Shown piece by piece: positions 50,861-59,953 of a stretch of DNA of 64,000 nucleotides; the first letter of the stretch is position 1; the number at the start of each line of letters is the position of its first letter. Source of the stretch: an uncultured Chloroflexia bacterium. GTDB lineage: Bacteria; Chloroflexota; Limnocylindria; Limnocylindrales; CSP1-4. A program made the translations under genes and the position numbers. The notes beneath the pieces are model-generated. The model was not told where the DNA came from and did not search any database. It saw only the letters and a program-made list of their open reading frames with translations. Location: positions 128,001 to 192,000 of the forward strand of contig CAVQJC010000015.1 of the NCBI GenBank assembly GCA_963712745.1, in the 5' to 3' direction.

Positions 50861-52057
50861 TCACTCAGCTTCCCGGTCCCACGGGGCATCCTCGTCACTT
50901 CCGCCGCCCTCGCGTCGAGTGAGTTCGAAGAGCCAGGGCACCGCGCTGCCCGCGAGCTTGCCGTCTGCGTAGCCGGTGATGGTGGCTTCGTAGGACTCCG
51001 AGAACGCCTCCCCGCGCGGCGGGACGCAGAAGTGCACGACCGCCTTGGGGGTGATCTCACCTAGGTAGGCCGTATACAGGATGAACTCGATGGATATCTC
51101 CAGCGCCTGCGGCAGGGTGGGACCGATCACCTGACCAGGCTTGATCTTGGCCATCAGCTTTGAGCCTCCACCCGGACACCTGGTGGCCGGGTCGTCGGGT
51201 GGTATGGCCAGGCCGCGCTCCTCGTACTCGAAACGACCACTGACTGAGCCATCCTCGGCCACGTGGACCTCGATGGCGTTGGACCGGATCTCGGGATCGC
51301 CGTCCGACCAGGCACTGTCCAGGATGGTGGCCTCGTCGAACGTGCCACTGTACGTGCCGGCCGGGATGGCTGGCGGCAGGTCCTGGCCGAGCTTGCCGGT
51401 CGCGGTCGGCTCGATGAGCCGGGGCTCCTCATCCCGGCACTCGTCCTCGGCCGCTCCGATGGCCCGCGCGGAGCGACCGTAGACCTTGCGCGCGACCGCC
51501 CTGATCGCGATGCTCTCGAGTTCCTTGCGACCAAGTCGGATGAGGATCCTTCTGGCCACACCTCCCTGCAGGGTGCCGCCGGACTTGAGGATCTCCAGGG
51601 ACTCGTTGCCGAAGGCCCGCAGGACGCGACGACCCGATGGCCCGATCTTGTGCCAGGCCTTGGCGAAGAACCCGCGCTTGTCCCCCCTGATCTGCCGAAG
51701 CGCGCGGATGTTCTCCTGCAATCGCTGTTTCTCGACGCGGTAGCTGCGTTCGACCGACTCGCGTTCGCAGGACTGATGTGGTTCGGGGAACTTGGCGAGA
51801 GCCACCTGACGCGATCTCTCGAGCTCCAGGAGCTCCCGCTTGGCCGCGCTCAGCTGGTCCACGACGTACCGTTGCCAACCGGCGTCCAGCTCCTTCGGCG
51901 TCCCTTCAGCTGGTTCGAGTGCGCCCCAGGCGAAGTCGAACCCGAGTGAGTCGTCAACAGAACGGGTGGACTCTGGCTCGGCCGCGATGACGGGCAGGCC
52001 CAGGGTCGTGACGAAGACCAGCGCGACCAGGAGCGACAGGACCCTCTGCGCCATCAC
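50861..52057 (-). CDS. Secreted hypothetical protein (helical N-half, beta-rich C-half)
   Basis: Signal peptide, overlaps the stop of the Kelch gene, 398 aa open frame. Confidence 0.65.
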   Translation of the reverse strand: MMAQRVLSLLVALVFVTTLGLPVIAAEPESTRSVDDSLGFDFAWGALEPAEGTPKELDAGWQRYVVDQLSAAKRELLELERSRQVALAKFPEPHQSCERESVERSYRVEKQRLQENIRALRQIRGDKRGFFAKAWHKIGPSGRRVLRAFGNESLEILKSGGTLQGGVARRILIRLGRKELESIAIRAVARKVYGRSARAIGAAEDECRDEEPRLIEPTATGKLGQDLPPAIPAGTYSGTFDEATILDSAWSDGDPEIRSNAIEVHVAEDGSVSGRFEYEERGLAIPPDDPATRCPGGGSKLMAKIKPGQVIGPTLPQALEISIEFILYTAYLGEITPKAVVHFCVPPRGEAFSESYEATITGYADGKLAGSAVPWLFELTRREGGGSDEDAPWDREAE

Positions 52058-53655
52058 GCGTCCTCCGAGCCCGCTGAGGCAGTCTCCAACGCCAAGGCCT
52101 CCACGTAGCGAAGCTCCCCGTCCTTGATGCCCCAGACGAGTCGGTCGCCCAGGAACAGCTCGCCGCCCTCGACGGCCTCGTCGACCGGGCCGCCCATGTA
52201 CTCCTCGAGTCCGGCCGCTTCGACGACCTCGTCGAGGCTCATGTAGGCCCGGAACTGATCGGGGTCATAGGGGGCAGGCTCGACGTCTGCGCCCCCCGCC
52301 ACGCGGACCGGCTCGCGGGACACCACGTCCTCGTCCTCGAACAGGAACTCGACGCCCTCGCCGTAGTACGTCCACGATCCCATGGTCACGGGCACGATGG
52401 AGCCGTCGGCCGAGACCTCGTCGAAGTAGTAGGCGGTGAACGCGTCGGGGTTGCCTAACTCGGCGTGCACGTCGTCCCTCGTCTCAAGGTCGGCTCCGAC
52501 GACGGGTCGCGTCTCACTCGAGCTCGGGCCGCCGAGCTGTTCCAGCGTGTCGTCGGCTGGGTCGAAGACGAGCACGTCGTCGAGGGCCAGACCGGCGAAG
52601 TCCCCGCCGACGACGAGGGCACGGCCGTCGGGCAGCGCCGTCGCGGTGTGGCCCGTTCGTGGCAGGAAGAGCGCGTCGATCACCGTCGACTCGCCCGTGG
52701 CTGGATCGAATACCTCGACCACACTCGTCTCGATGTCTTCGGTCAGCCCGCCGAGGACGAGGACACGGCCGTCGGGCAGCATCACGGCGGTGTGGCCGAT
52801 GCGTGCCTCCTGCAGCTCTCCGACAGGCTTCGTCTTGCTCTTTGCCGGGTCGAACGCCAGGACCTCGTCGCTCACGGCCTCGCCATCGAGCCCACCGATC
52901 AGCAGCACGCGTCCATCGGCAAGGGTCGTCGCGGTGTGGCCGCTGCGCTGAGGTGCGCCCTTGATCGTGGCCCACTTGCCTTTGGCAGGGAAGAAGACCT
53001 CAGCGGGCTTGCTCTTCTTCTGGGTGACCGCTCCAGACAGGAGCACGCGACCATCGGGCAGCAGGGTGACCGCTGGACCGACGTGGGTCGCCTTCGGCTT
53101 GGCGGTGGGTTCGAAGGTGGACGTAGCAGGGACGTAGATCTCAGAACGGGCTACAGGCTTGCCGTCGTCGACACCGCCGATCAGCAACACTCGTCCATCG
53201 TCCAGGGGCACCGCCCGATGGGCTGCGCGTGCCCAGCGCATCGATCCTGCCGGTTGGCTGCGACCGGTCGCCGGATCGTACAGCTCGGCACTCGCGAGGG
53301 CGGAGTCTGTTCCGTCTGCCGCGGTCCCGCCCGCGACCAGGACGAGGCCGTCCGCGAGGGGCGTGGCAGTGTGGCCGGCGCGAGATGTGGTCAGGTCGCC
53401 CAACGCCGTGACGGTGCCGACCTGCGGGTCAATGAGCTCGACGCTGGCCAGCGCCTCCTCGCCGTTCGATCCTCCGGAGACGAGGACGTCTCCACCCTGG
53501 AGAAGCGTGGCTGCGTGCCGGGTCCGCGGACTCGACAGCAGATCCTCGCGGTCGTCGACGGTGGAGTCCTGCGCAGTGGCCATCGATGGCAGCAGCAGGG
53601 CGCAGACGAGTGTGCCGCAGAGCGCGCGAGCCGCCGTGGGCGCTCGAGACATCAT
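52054..53655 (-). CDS. Secreted Kelch-repeat beta-propeller protein
   Basis: Signal peptide; seven R.GH.AT.L.DGRVL..GG-type repeats; acidic C-terminal domain. Confidence 0.88.
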   Translation of the reverse strand: MMSRAPTAARALCGTLVCALLLPSMATAQDSTVDDREDLLSSPRTRHAATLLQGGDVLVSGGSNGEEALASVELIDPQVGTVTALGDLTTSRAGHTATPLADGLVLVAGGTAADGTDSALASAELYDPATGRSQPAGSMRWARAAHRAVPLDDGRVLLIGGVDDGKPVARSEIYVPATSTFEPTAKPKATHVGPAVTLLPDGRVLLSGAVTQKKSKPAEVFFPAKGKWATIKGAPQRSGHTATTLADGRVLLIGGLDGEAVSDEVLAFDPAKSKTKPVGELQEARIGHTAVMLPDGRVLVLGGLTEDIETSVVEVFDPATGESTVIDALFLPRTGHTATALPDGRALVVGGDFAGLALDDVLVFDPADDTLEQLGGPSSSETRPVVGADLETRDDVHAELGNPDAFTAYYFDEVSADGSIVPVTMGSWTYYGEGVEFLFEDEDVVSREPVRVAGGADVEPAPYDPDQFRAYMSLDEVVEAAGLEEYMGGPVDEAVEGGELFLGDRLVWGIKDGELRYVEALALETASAGSEDA

Positions 53656-53860
53656 GGCCGTTTCCCCCTTGCCACGTGTTCGCACCTAGCCTACTCCTGA
53701 GGGTAAACCCGCCTTCGGGCGCAAGTTCGAGCCCAGGAATGTCGAAGGCGACCCCCGAAGGGGCCGCCCGTCGCGCTCGTGGAGACTGGCTGGAGCTACT
53801 CGGGGCCTGAAGGCTTGCGCTTCAGGTCAGTCATCTCGAGTTCTCCGCTGGGCACGTGTG

Positions 53861-54799
53861 CTAGCTGAGGAGCTCGCCCATGGCTGCGATGTGGTCGGTG
53901 TCATGAGGCAGGAAGTCCTGGAACAGCAGACGGTCGATACCGGTGTCCACGTACTCTCCGATGCGTGCCCGGGCTGAAGCCGGTGTACCCGTGATCCAGC
54001 GGTCCTCTCGCCGCTTGAGCCACTCCTCGGCGGCGACCGTGGCCTCTGCGAAGATGGACTTCTGGGCCTGGACCCGCCGCGCCATCTCGGAGTCGTCCCG
54101 ACCGACCAGCACCCCGGCCATGACCGAGATCGTCAGAGTCGCCGGATCGCGCCCGACCTTCGCGCAGACCGCCTCGAGTCGAGCCTTGATCTCGCGCACC
54201 TCCGCCGGCGTCGACGAGCTGATGTTGTACTCGTCGCCGTACTGCGCACCGAGCCGGAGTGAACGCGGCTTGCCGGTGCCGCCGACGATGAGGTTCGGTC
54301 GCTTGCCCTTGGGGCGGAACAGTGCCTCGCGCACCTGATAGTGCTCACCCTGGAACGACCAGCCATCCGGCTCGTCCCAGAGTCCACGCAGGATGGCCAG
54401 CTCCTCCTCCATGCGGTCAACGCGTTCGACGGTGCCGGGATAGGGGATGCCCAGCGCAGCATGCTCGCGCTCGTGCCAGCCCGCGCCCACGCCCACCTCG
54501 ACACGCCCGGGGCCGGCCATCTCATCGACCGTCGAGACGACCTTGGCGAAGGATCCGGGGATGCGGAAGGTCACCGGCGAGACCATCGAACCGAGGCCGA
54601 TGCCATCAGTGTCGCGCGCCAGCCCGGCCAGGGTGGTCCAGGCGTCTGTCGTGGCCAGGTCAGTGGCACCGGGGAAGCTGGAGTAGTGGTCGGAGCGGAA
54701 GTACGTCTCGAAGCCCGCGGACTTGGCAGCCTTGGCAGCGTCGAGGATGTCCTGGTAGCTGTAGCCCTGCTGGGGCTCGGTCATGAGTGCGTAGCGCAT
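53861..54799 (-). CDS. LLM class (probably F420-dependent) oxidoreductase
   Basis: MTEPQQG, FRSDHY, TDAWTTLAGLARDT, SPVTFR.PG, GAGWHEREH. Confidence 0.88.
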   Translation of the reverse strand: MRYALMTEPQQGYSYQDILDAAKAAKSAGFETYFRSDHYSSFPGATDLATTDAWTTLAGLARDTDGIGLGSMVSPVTFRIPGSFAKVVSTVDEMAGPGRVEVGVGAGWHEREHAALGIPYPGTVERVDRMEEELAILRGLWDEPDGWSFQGEHYQVREALFRPKGKRPNLIVGGTGKPRSLRLGAQYGDEYNISSSTPAEVREIKARLEAVCAKVGRDPATLTISVMAGVLVGRDDSEMARRVQAQKSIFAEATVAAEEWLKRREDRWITGTPASARARIGEYVDTGIDRLLFQDFLPHDTDHIAAMGELLS

Positions 54800-54892
54800 C
54801 CGCGGTCGTTCTCCTGTGGGCTGGGCTGGAGACCGAATGATGCCGCAGGGTCGCGCCGGTGGGGAAACGACGACCGCGGGTACGATGCGGCC

Positions 54893-55381
54893 ATGACGTC
54901 GGCACACCTACTCGACTTCCCAGCCGCGCTCCAGGCCCCCGGAACGGCCGGGTCGCCGTTCGAGCCGGCGCTGCCGCTCGGCGAGCTACCGCCCGGAGCG
55001 CTCGTGCGCATCAGCCGCGGCGACCTCGATGTGCTGATCGCCCACACCGACTCGGGCATCCTCGCCACCGATGACCGCTGCCCGCACATGTCGGCACCGT
55101 TCTCAGAGGGCCGCCTCGAGGGCTGCACGCTCCACTGCCCGCTCCACCGCGGCGCGTTCGATGCCTGTGACGGCGAGGTCGTGACCTTCCCGACCACCGG
55201 CGGGCTCACCGCCGATGGCGAGTACCGCCCGACCTGGCGGCCGGAGGACGCCGTGGCGAAGGCGCCGCTGCAGGCGGATGACCCCAAGGCGAGAGCGCGA
55301 GCCAGGACCCGCGTGCGTCGCCTGCGCTACTACCCGCTGCGAGTCGAGGGGGACATGCTCGAGATCGCGCTGCCGCGATGA
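54893..55381 (+). CDS. Rieske (2Fe-2S) domain protein
   Basis: CPH...CPLH Rieske ligands. Confidence 0.85.
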   Translation: MTSAHLLDFPAALQAPGTAGSPFEPALPLGELPPGALVRISRGDLDVLIAHTDSGILATDDRCPHMSAPFSEGRLEGCTLHCPLHRGAFDACDGEVVTFPTTGGLTADGEYRPTWRPEDAVAKAPLQADDPKARARARTRVRRLRYYPLRVEGDMLEIALPR

Positions 55382-55803
55382 GCTCGGGGCGGCCGACGGC
55401 CCGGCAGTGGCTACCCTGGCTCGCGGTGCTGGCGGTGATGGCGCTCATCTTCCTGGCCTCGTCGGTAAGCGGCCTGCGCGTCAGTGACGACGCGGCCGTC
55501 GACAAACCGTTCCGGGTCACCGGACACCTTCTCGAGTTCGGGGCTCTGGCGGGCTTGCTGTTGGTGGCCCTGAGCTGGGGCCGGCAGCCACGCCTGCGAG
55601 ACGCGACGCTGGCGCTGGGCATCACGGTGGTGTACGCACTCAGCGACGAGCTGCACCAGTCGTTCGTGCCCGACCGCACGGGCCGGCTCGACGACGTGGT
55701 CACCGACACGGTCGGGGCCGTCATCGGCATCGGCGTGGCCTGGCTGGTGCTCTCGGTACGCGCTCGAGCACGGCGCGACGACCCAGCCAGTGAGCCGCGT
55801 TGA
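55378..55803 (+). CDS. VanZ family membrane protein
   Basis: HLLEFGAL, YALSDELHQSFVPDR, DVVTD. Confidence 0.9.
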   Translation: MSSGRPTARQWLPWLAVLAVMALIFLASSVSGLRVSDDAAVDKPFRVTGHLLEFGALAGLLLVALSWGRQPRLRDATLALGITVVYALSDELHQSFVPDRTGRLDDVVTDTVGAVIGIGVAWLVLSVRARARRDDPASEPR

Positions 55804-55916
55804 TGCGCGGCCCGACGCGGGCGGCCAAGCTGGAGCGGGCCATCTTGGAGGCGCGGCACGCCCTGCCGTAGCGGCGAGCCCAGGAGATACGCTCGCGCCC
55901 GAGGAGCGCGGAGAGC

Positions 55917-57266
55917 CTATTGGACCGGCTGGAGCGCGGCGCCGCTGACCTCCACGCCGAGCGCGACCACGCGCAGGCCGGCCGCGGCGGCAGCTGTGGC
56001 GTCCACGATGCGCCGCCCATCGACGACCACGTCGCCGGCCATGGTGGGCGCGATGACGGCCCACTCGAGCGAGCCGAACTCGGGCCACTCGGTGGCGACC
56101 ACGACGGCATCGGCCCCGGCACAGGCAGCAGCCGCAGAGACGGCGGCCTCGATGGGGGCATCGGGCGAGCCCTTGGCCACGAGGGCCACGCCGGGCTCGA
56201 GCGAGACCGGGTCGTAGGCGGCCACCGAGGCCCCGCGCGCCAGCAAGGCCGCGCCCAGGCGCACCGCGGGCGACTCGCGCAGGTCGTCGGTGCCGGCCTT
56301 GAAGGTCAGGCCCAGCAGGGCCACGCGCAGACCCGCGAGCGAGCGGCCGGCGGCCCGCTCGAGCCCGTCGAGCAGCCACTCGGCCTGGCTCACGTTGCTG
56401 GGCCAGATGGCATCCATCAGGGGGGTCTGCACCCCGAAGCTCGCGGCCAGCTGGGGCAAGGCCCGGGCCTGGCTGGGGAAGCAGGAGCCACCGAAGCCCG
56501 GGCCGGGGCTCAGGAAGCTGCGCACGATGCGCGCATCCAGACCCATGCCGTCGACCACCGCCTGGGCATCCGCGCCGGTGGCCGCGGTGAGGCGGCTGAT
56601 CTCGTTGGCGAAGGTGATCTTGGCCGCGAGGAAGACGTTGGAGGCGACCTTGATGGTCTCGGCACTGGTGAGGTCGGTGACCACGACCGGGGCCTCGAGC
56701 GGGGCGTAGACCGCGCGCAGGGCCTCGGCCAGGGCCGTGCCGCGCCCGCCGTCGTCGTGGCCGTCGACCCCGATGACCAGGCGGTCGGGGGCGAGGAAGT
56801 CGGCCACCGCGCTCGCTTCCTTGGTGAACTCGGGGTTGTGGGCCAGGCGCACCGCCGGGTCGATGGCGCGGACCTCGGCGGCCAGGCCCGCCGCGGTGCC
56901 CGGCAGCAGCGTCGAGCGGATGACGATGTCGCGCGGCAGGCTCGGATCGACCGCGATCGCGCGCACCGCCGCCCGCACGATCTCGCCGTTCCACTCCTCC
57001 GCGGCATCGAGCGTGCCCACGCACACCACGACGAGGTCGGCGCCGGCGATGGCGGCGTAGTCCACGCTGAAGCGCAGCCGCCCCTCCTCGAGCCCGGTGG
57101 CCACCAGCTCGTCGAGGCCGGGCTCGTGCACCGGCAGGTCGCCCGCGCGGAGCCGTTCGATGCGCGCCGCATCGACATCGAGGCAGACGACGTCATGGCC
57201 GACGTGCGCCAGGCAGGCAGCGGTGACCAGGCCGACGTAGCCGGCGCCGACGATGGCGATGTCCAT
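55917..57266 (-). CDS. ugd: UDP-glucose/GDP-mannose dehydrogenase
   Basis: IVGAGYVGL, NPEF, SAETIKVASN, GFGGSCFP, GLTFKAGTDDLRESP. Confidence 0.9.
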   Translation of the reverse strand: MDIAIVGAGYVGLVTAACLAHVGHDVVCLDVDAARIERLRAGDLPVHEPGLDELVATGLEEGRLRFSVDYAAIAGADLVVVCVGTLDAAEEWNGEIVRAAVRAIAVDPSLPRDIVIRSTLLPGTAAGLAAEVRAIDPAVRLAHNPEFTKEASAVADFLAPDRLVIGVDGHDDGGRGTALAEALRAVYAPLEAPVVVTDLTSAETIKVASNVFLAAKITFANEISRLTAATGADAQAVVDGMGLDARIVRSFLSPGPGFGGSCFPSQARALPQLAASFGVQTPLMDAIWPSNVSQAEWLLDGLERAAGRSLAGLRVALLGLTFKAGTDDLRESPAVRLGAALLARGASVAAYDPVSLEPGVALVAKGSPDAPIEAAVSAAAACAGADAVVVATEWPEFGSLEWAVIAPTMAGDVVVDGRRIVDATAAAAAGLRVVALGVEVSGAALQPVQ

Positions 57267-57366
57267 GAACTGAGCGTAGCGGAAAGCCATCCGGGCGGTG
57301 GTGGTGGTGCATCCAGGCACCACCGAGGGGTACACAAACCTTATCGGTGCGCTAACGTCGGTCGCG

Positions 57367-59160
57367 ATGCGCCGTCCCCAGCCGGCGCGTGGGCTCGCAG
57401 CCGTGATGTCGAGTCTGCTCGTCGCCATCACGTTCGCCACGCCCGCCAGCGCTGCCATCGCGCCGGTGGAGCCGGAGGCTGCCCCGGTCTTCTCGGCCAG
57501 CTCCAGGCAATGCACCAAGTGGAGCAGCGAGTACGTCCCGCCCAAGACCATCCGGGTGCTGCGCACGTACAAGACCGACGCGCCCGCTGGGATCCGCGGC
57601 AAGGTCCAGAAGGTCGACTTCGAGAAGTACGTAGCCACGGTCATGGCCGTGGAGTGGCCGGAGCATTATCCCCTCGAGACCCTCAAGGCGGGGGCCATCG
57701 CCACCAAGCAGTTCGCCTGGTACTACATCCTCAACCCGCGCGGGCAGACCAAGAAGATCGACGGCAAGAAGGTCTGCTATGACGTGGAGGACTCCACGGT
57801 GGACCAGTATTTCAAGCCGGAGAAGTACGCGCCCGGCAAGCCCAAGGGCCCGGCGCCCGATTCCAGGATCATGGCGGCCATCGATGCCACCTGGGACATC
57901 TCGCTGCGCAAGTACAGGATCAGCGACGTCGCCAGCCGCATGTTCCTGACGGGGTACCGCGCCGGCGCCAGCAAGGTCAAGAACGAGGACGGCACCTACC
58001 GGCCGATCCGCTGCGGCGAGGATGCGACCGGCTTCAAGCTGTTCCACAACAGCACTCGCCAGTGCGGTGAGGATGGCCTGCGCTATCGCGAGATCCTGCG
58101 GCGCTACCTGCGACCCAACCTGGAGATCGTCGACCCCGGTCACGGGAACACCATCGGCAGCGCCCACGGTGATGCCAGCGCCATGCGCATCAAGCCTGGC
58201 TTGCGCATCCCGCACGTGTGGACGCCCGGCCGGACACAGCCGGACAAGACCACCAAGGCAGGCATCTCCATCTCCTCGGATGACCTGGTCTATTTCGCCT
58301 CGGGCGACATGAACGGTGACGGCCGCCAGGACCTGGTGTGGTTGAAGAAGACCGGAGGGCGCTCGGGCAAGATCAAGGTCGCGCTGAGTGACGGCAAGAA
58401 CTACAGGCCGGGCACGGACTGGTGGAGCGGCAACACGCTCGTACCGGTCGATGGCGCCAGGCTGCTGGTGGGCGACTTCTACGCCAACCAGCGCCAGGAC
58501 GTGGCCATCCTCTCGCGTGGCGACGAAGCTGGGACCTCACGCCTGGTGGTGCTCAAGCGATCGGGGCCGGGAGCGAGCGAGAAGCTGAGCGACCCCGAGC
58601 AGTGGTGGGCCGGCTCGCAGGACTACGGCAAGATCGCCGGTGCCTGGCTCGGCGACCTGAGCGGCGACGGACGGGCTGATCTCATCATCCGCAAGGACAT
58701 CAGCGGGGGCGGCGTCGCGCTCAAGACCGCGGTCACCAAGAGCCCGCCGGGCTCGGGCGGCCAGCGCATGACCTCGCTCCAGACGCGCTTCGAGGACGGC
58801 GCGCTCAAGCCGTCCAAGGTCAAGATGGCGGTCGGCGATGCCAACCGCGACGGCCGTGCCGACGTCATCATGCTCATCGGCGGCGCTGGCTCCGCCAAGG
58901 TCGTGCGGCTCCAGGGTCAGACGAAGGGCGGCTTCAAGCGCGTCAAGCTGTGGTCGGCACCCAAGTCGGACCCGATCCTGGTGCGGACCTCGAAGATCGG
59001 CCTGGCGGACATCGACTACGACGGACGGAGTGACCTCATCGTCTACTCGGCCGACGACAAGGGCACCCGCATGCAGGCCCTCAAGACGCGCTACACGACC
59101 ATGAAGCCCGGACCGGTCTGGCGCACCGGAGCCGACGTGTCGGAGATGCGCCCCTACTAG
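57367..59160 (+). CDS. Secreted SpoIID/LytB-like domain protein with FG-GAP/VCBS repeats
   Basis: FEKYVATVMAVEW..ETLKAGAIA..DSTVDQY; repeats GDMNGDGRQDL, GDLSGDGRADL, GDANRDGRADV, DIDYDGRSDL. Confidence 0.8.
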   Translation: MRRPQPARGLAAVMSSLLVAITFATPASAAIAPVEPEAAPVFSASSRQCTKWSSEYVPPKTIRVLRTYKTDAPAGIRGKVQKVDFEKYVATVMAVEWPEHYPLETLKAGAIATKQFAWYYILNPRGQTKKIDGKKVCYDVEDSTVDQYFKPEKYAPGKPKGPAPDSRIMAAIDATWDISLRKYRISDVASRMFLTGYRAGASKVKNEDGTYRPIRCGEDATGFKLFHNSTRQCGEDGLRYREILRRYLRPNLEIVDPGHGNTIGSAHGDASAMRIKPGLRIPHVWTPGRTQPDKTTKAGISISSDDLVYFASGDMNGDGRQDLVWLKKTGGRSGKIKVALSDGKNYRPGTDWWSGNTLVPVDGARLLVGDFYANQRQDVAILSRGDEAGTSRLVVLKRSGPGASEKLSDPEQWWAGSQDYGKIAGAWLGDLSGDGRADLIIRKDISGGGVALKTAVTKSPPGSGGQRMTSLQTRFEDGALKPSKVKMAVGDANRDGRADVIMLIGGAGSAKVVRLQGQTKGGFKRVKLWSAPKSDPILVRTSKIGLADIDYDGRSDLIVYSADDKGTRMQALKTRYTTMKPGPVWRTGADVSEMRPY

Positions 59161-59210
59161 CCGGCGGACGGCCGCGAGCCTGGGCTGAGCGGCCTAGGCG
59201 GACGCGCCGA

Positions 59211-59588
59211 TCATGCTCGCCGCTGCCACGACCTCCACGTCTCCTCGTCGATACCGATGGTGAGCTCATGGCCACAACGCACGAGAGGCAGGCGCAACAG
59301 CCCCGGGTCTGCGACCACCCGCTGAAGGACCTCCGCCTCGCCCATGGTGAGGTAGCCGAGACCGGCCTTGCGGTACGCCTTCGAGTCTTCGTCCAGCAGC
59401 GCGCGCGCGCCGTGCTTCTGGGCGAAGCGCTTCAGCTCACCGGGGGCCGGCGGTCGCTTCTTGAGGTCGACGAAGCTGATGGGCATACGGCGCTCCTTGA
59501 AGAAGCGCTGTGCGCGCCGCGTCTCCTTGGAGTCGTTGCGGCCGAAGACCTGGATGACCGGTCCGGGGGCCCCCTCGGCAGGCGTCAG
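59211..59588 (-). CDS. ArsC/Spx-like family protein
   Basis: IQVFGRNDSKETRRAQRFFKERR, ELKRF, P.LLRLPLVR; start may be a CTG overlapping the upstream stop. Confidence 0.75.
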   Translation of the reverse strand: MTPAEGAPGPVIQVFGRNDSKETRRAQRFFKERRMPISFVDLKKRPPAPGELKRFAQKHGARALLDEDSKAYRKAGLGYLTMGEAEVLQRVVADPGLLRLPLVRCGHELTIGIDEETWRSWQRRA

Positions 59589-59905
59589 CTCGCTCCGCCG
59601 TCCTTGCGAGGACGGCCACGCCGCGACTTGCGCTTGGGGGTCATCAGGCCGAAGTAGAAGCCATCGGGCGACTTCTTGACCGCGACCTCCACGCCGGCCA
59701 GTTTGGCCGCACGCATGATCTGGGCACGCACGGTGGCCGGCTTCTCGTCCTTCCCCAGCACCGCCTCATACACGACCGACTCGTCGGTGATCTTCTTGAT
59801 GCGGTTGATGAGCGCCTGCTGCTCTGGGCTGACGGGCCGCCCGCGCGGCTTGGGCTTGGGCGGGTTGTCCATGAACTGGGCGTCGACCTTCCTGTACTTG
59901 GGCAT
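59585..59905 (-). CDS. Small basic protein with two AT-hook-like motifs
   Basis: KPRGRP near the N-terminus, RRGRPRK at the C-terminus; TACACT 7 nt before the ATG. Confidence 0.75.
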   Translation of the reverse strand: MPKYRKVDAQFMDNPPKPKPRGRPVSPEQQALINRIKKITDESVVYEAVLGKDEKPATVRAQIMRAAKLAGVEVAVKKSPDGFYFGLMTPKRKSRRGRPRKDGGAS

Positions 59906-59953
59906 GCGCGCAAGTGTAGTCCCGCCTGTCTGCGCTGCTACGCTCAGGCACAC

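Noticed and set aside
53699-53730. c-di-GMP-I (GEMM) riboswitch suggested by GGGTAAACCC..GCGCAAG
   Set aside because: No GNRA loop/receptor or second stem, and no downstream gene on that strand
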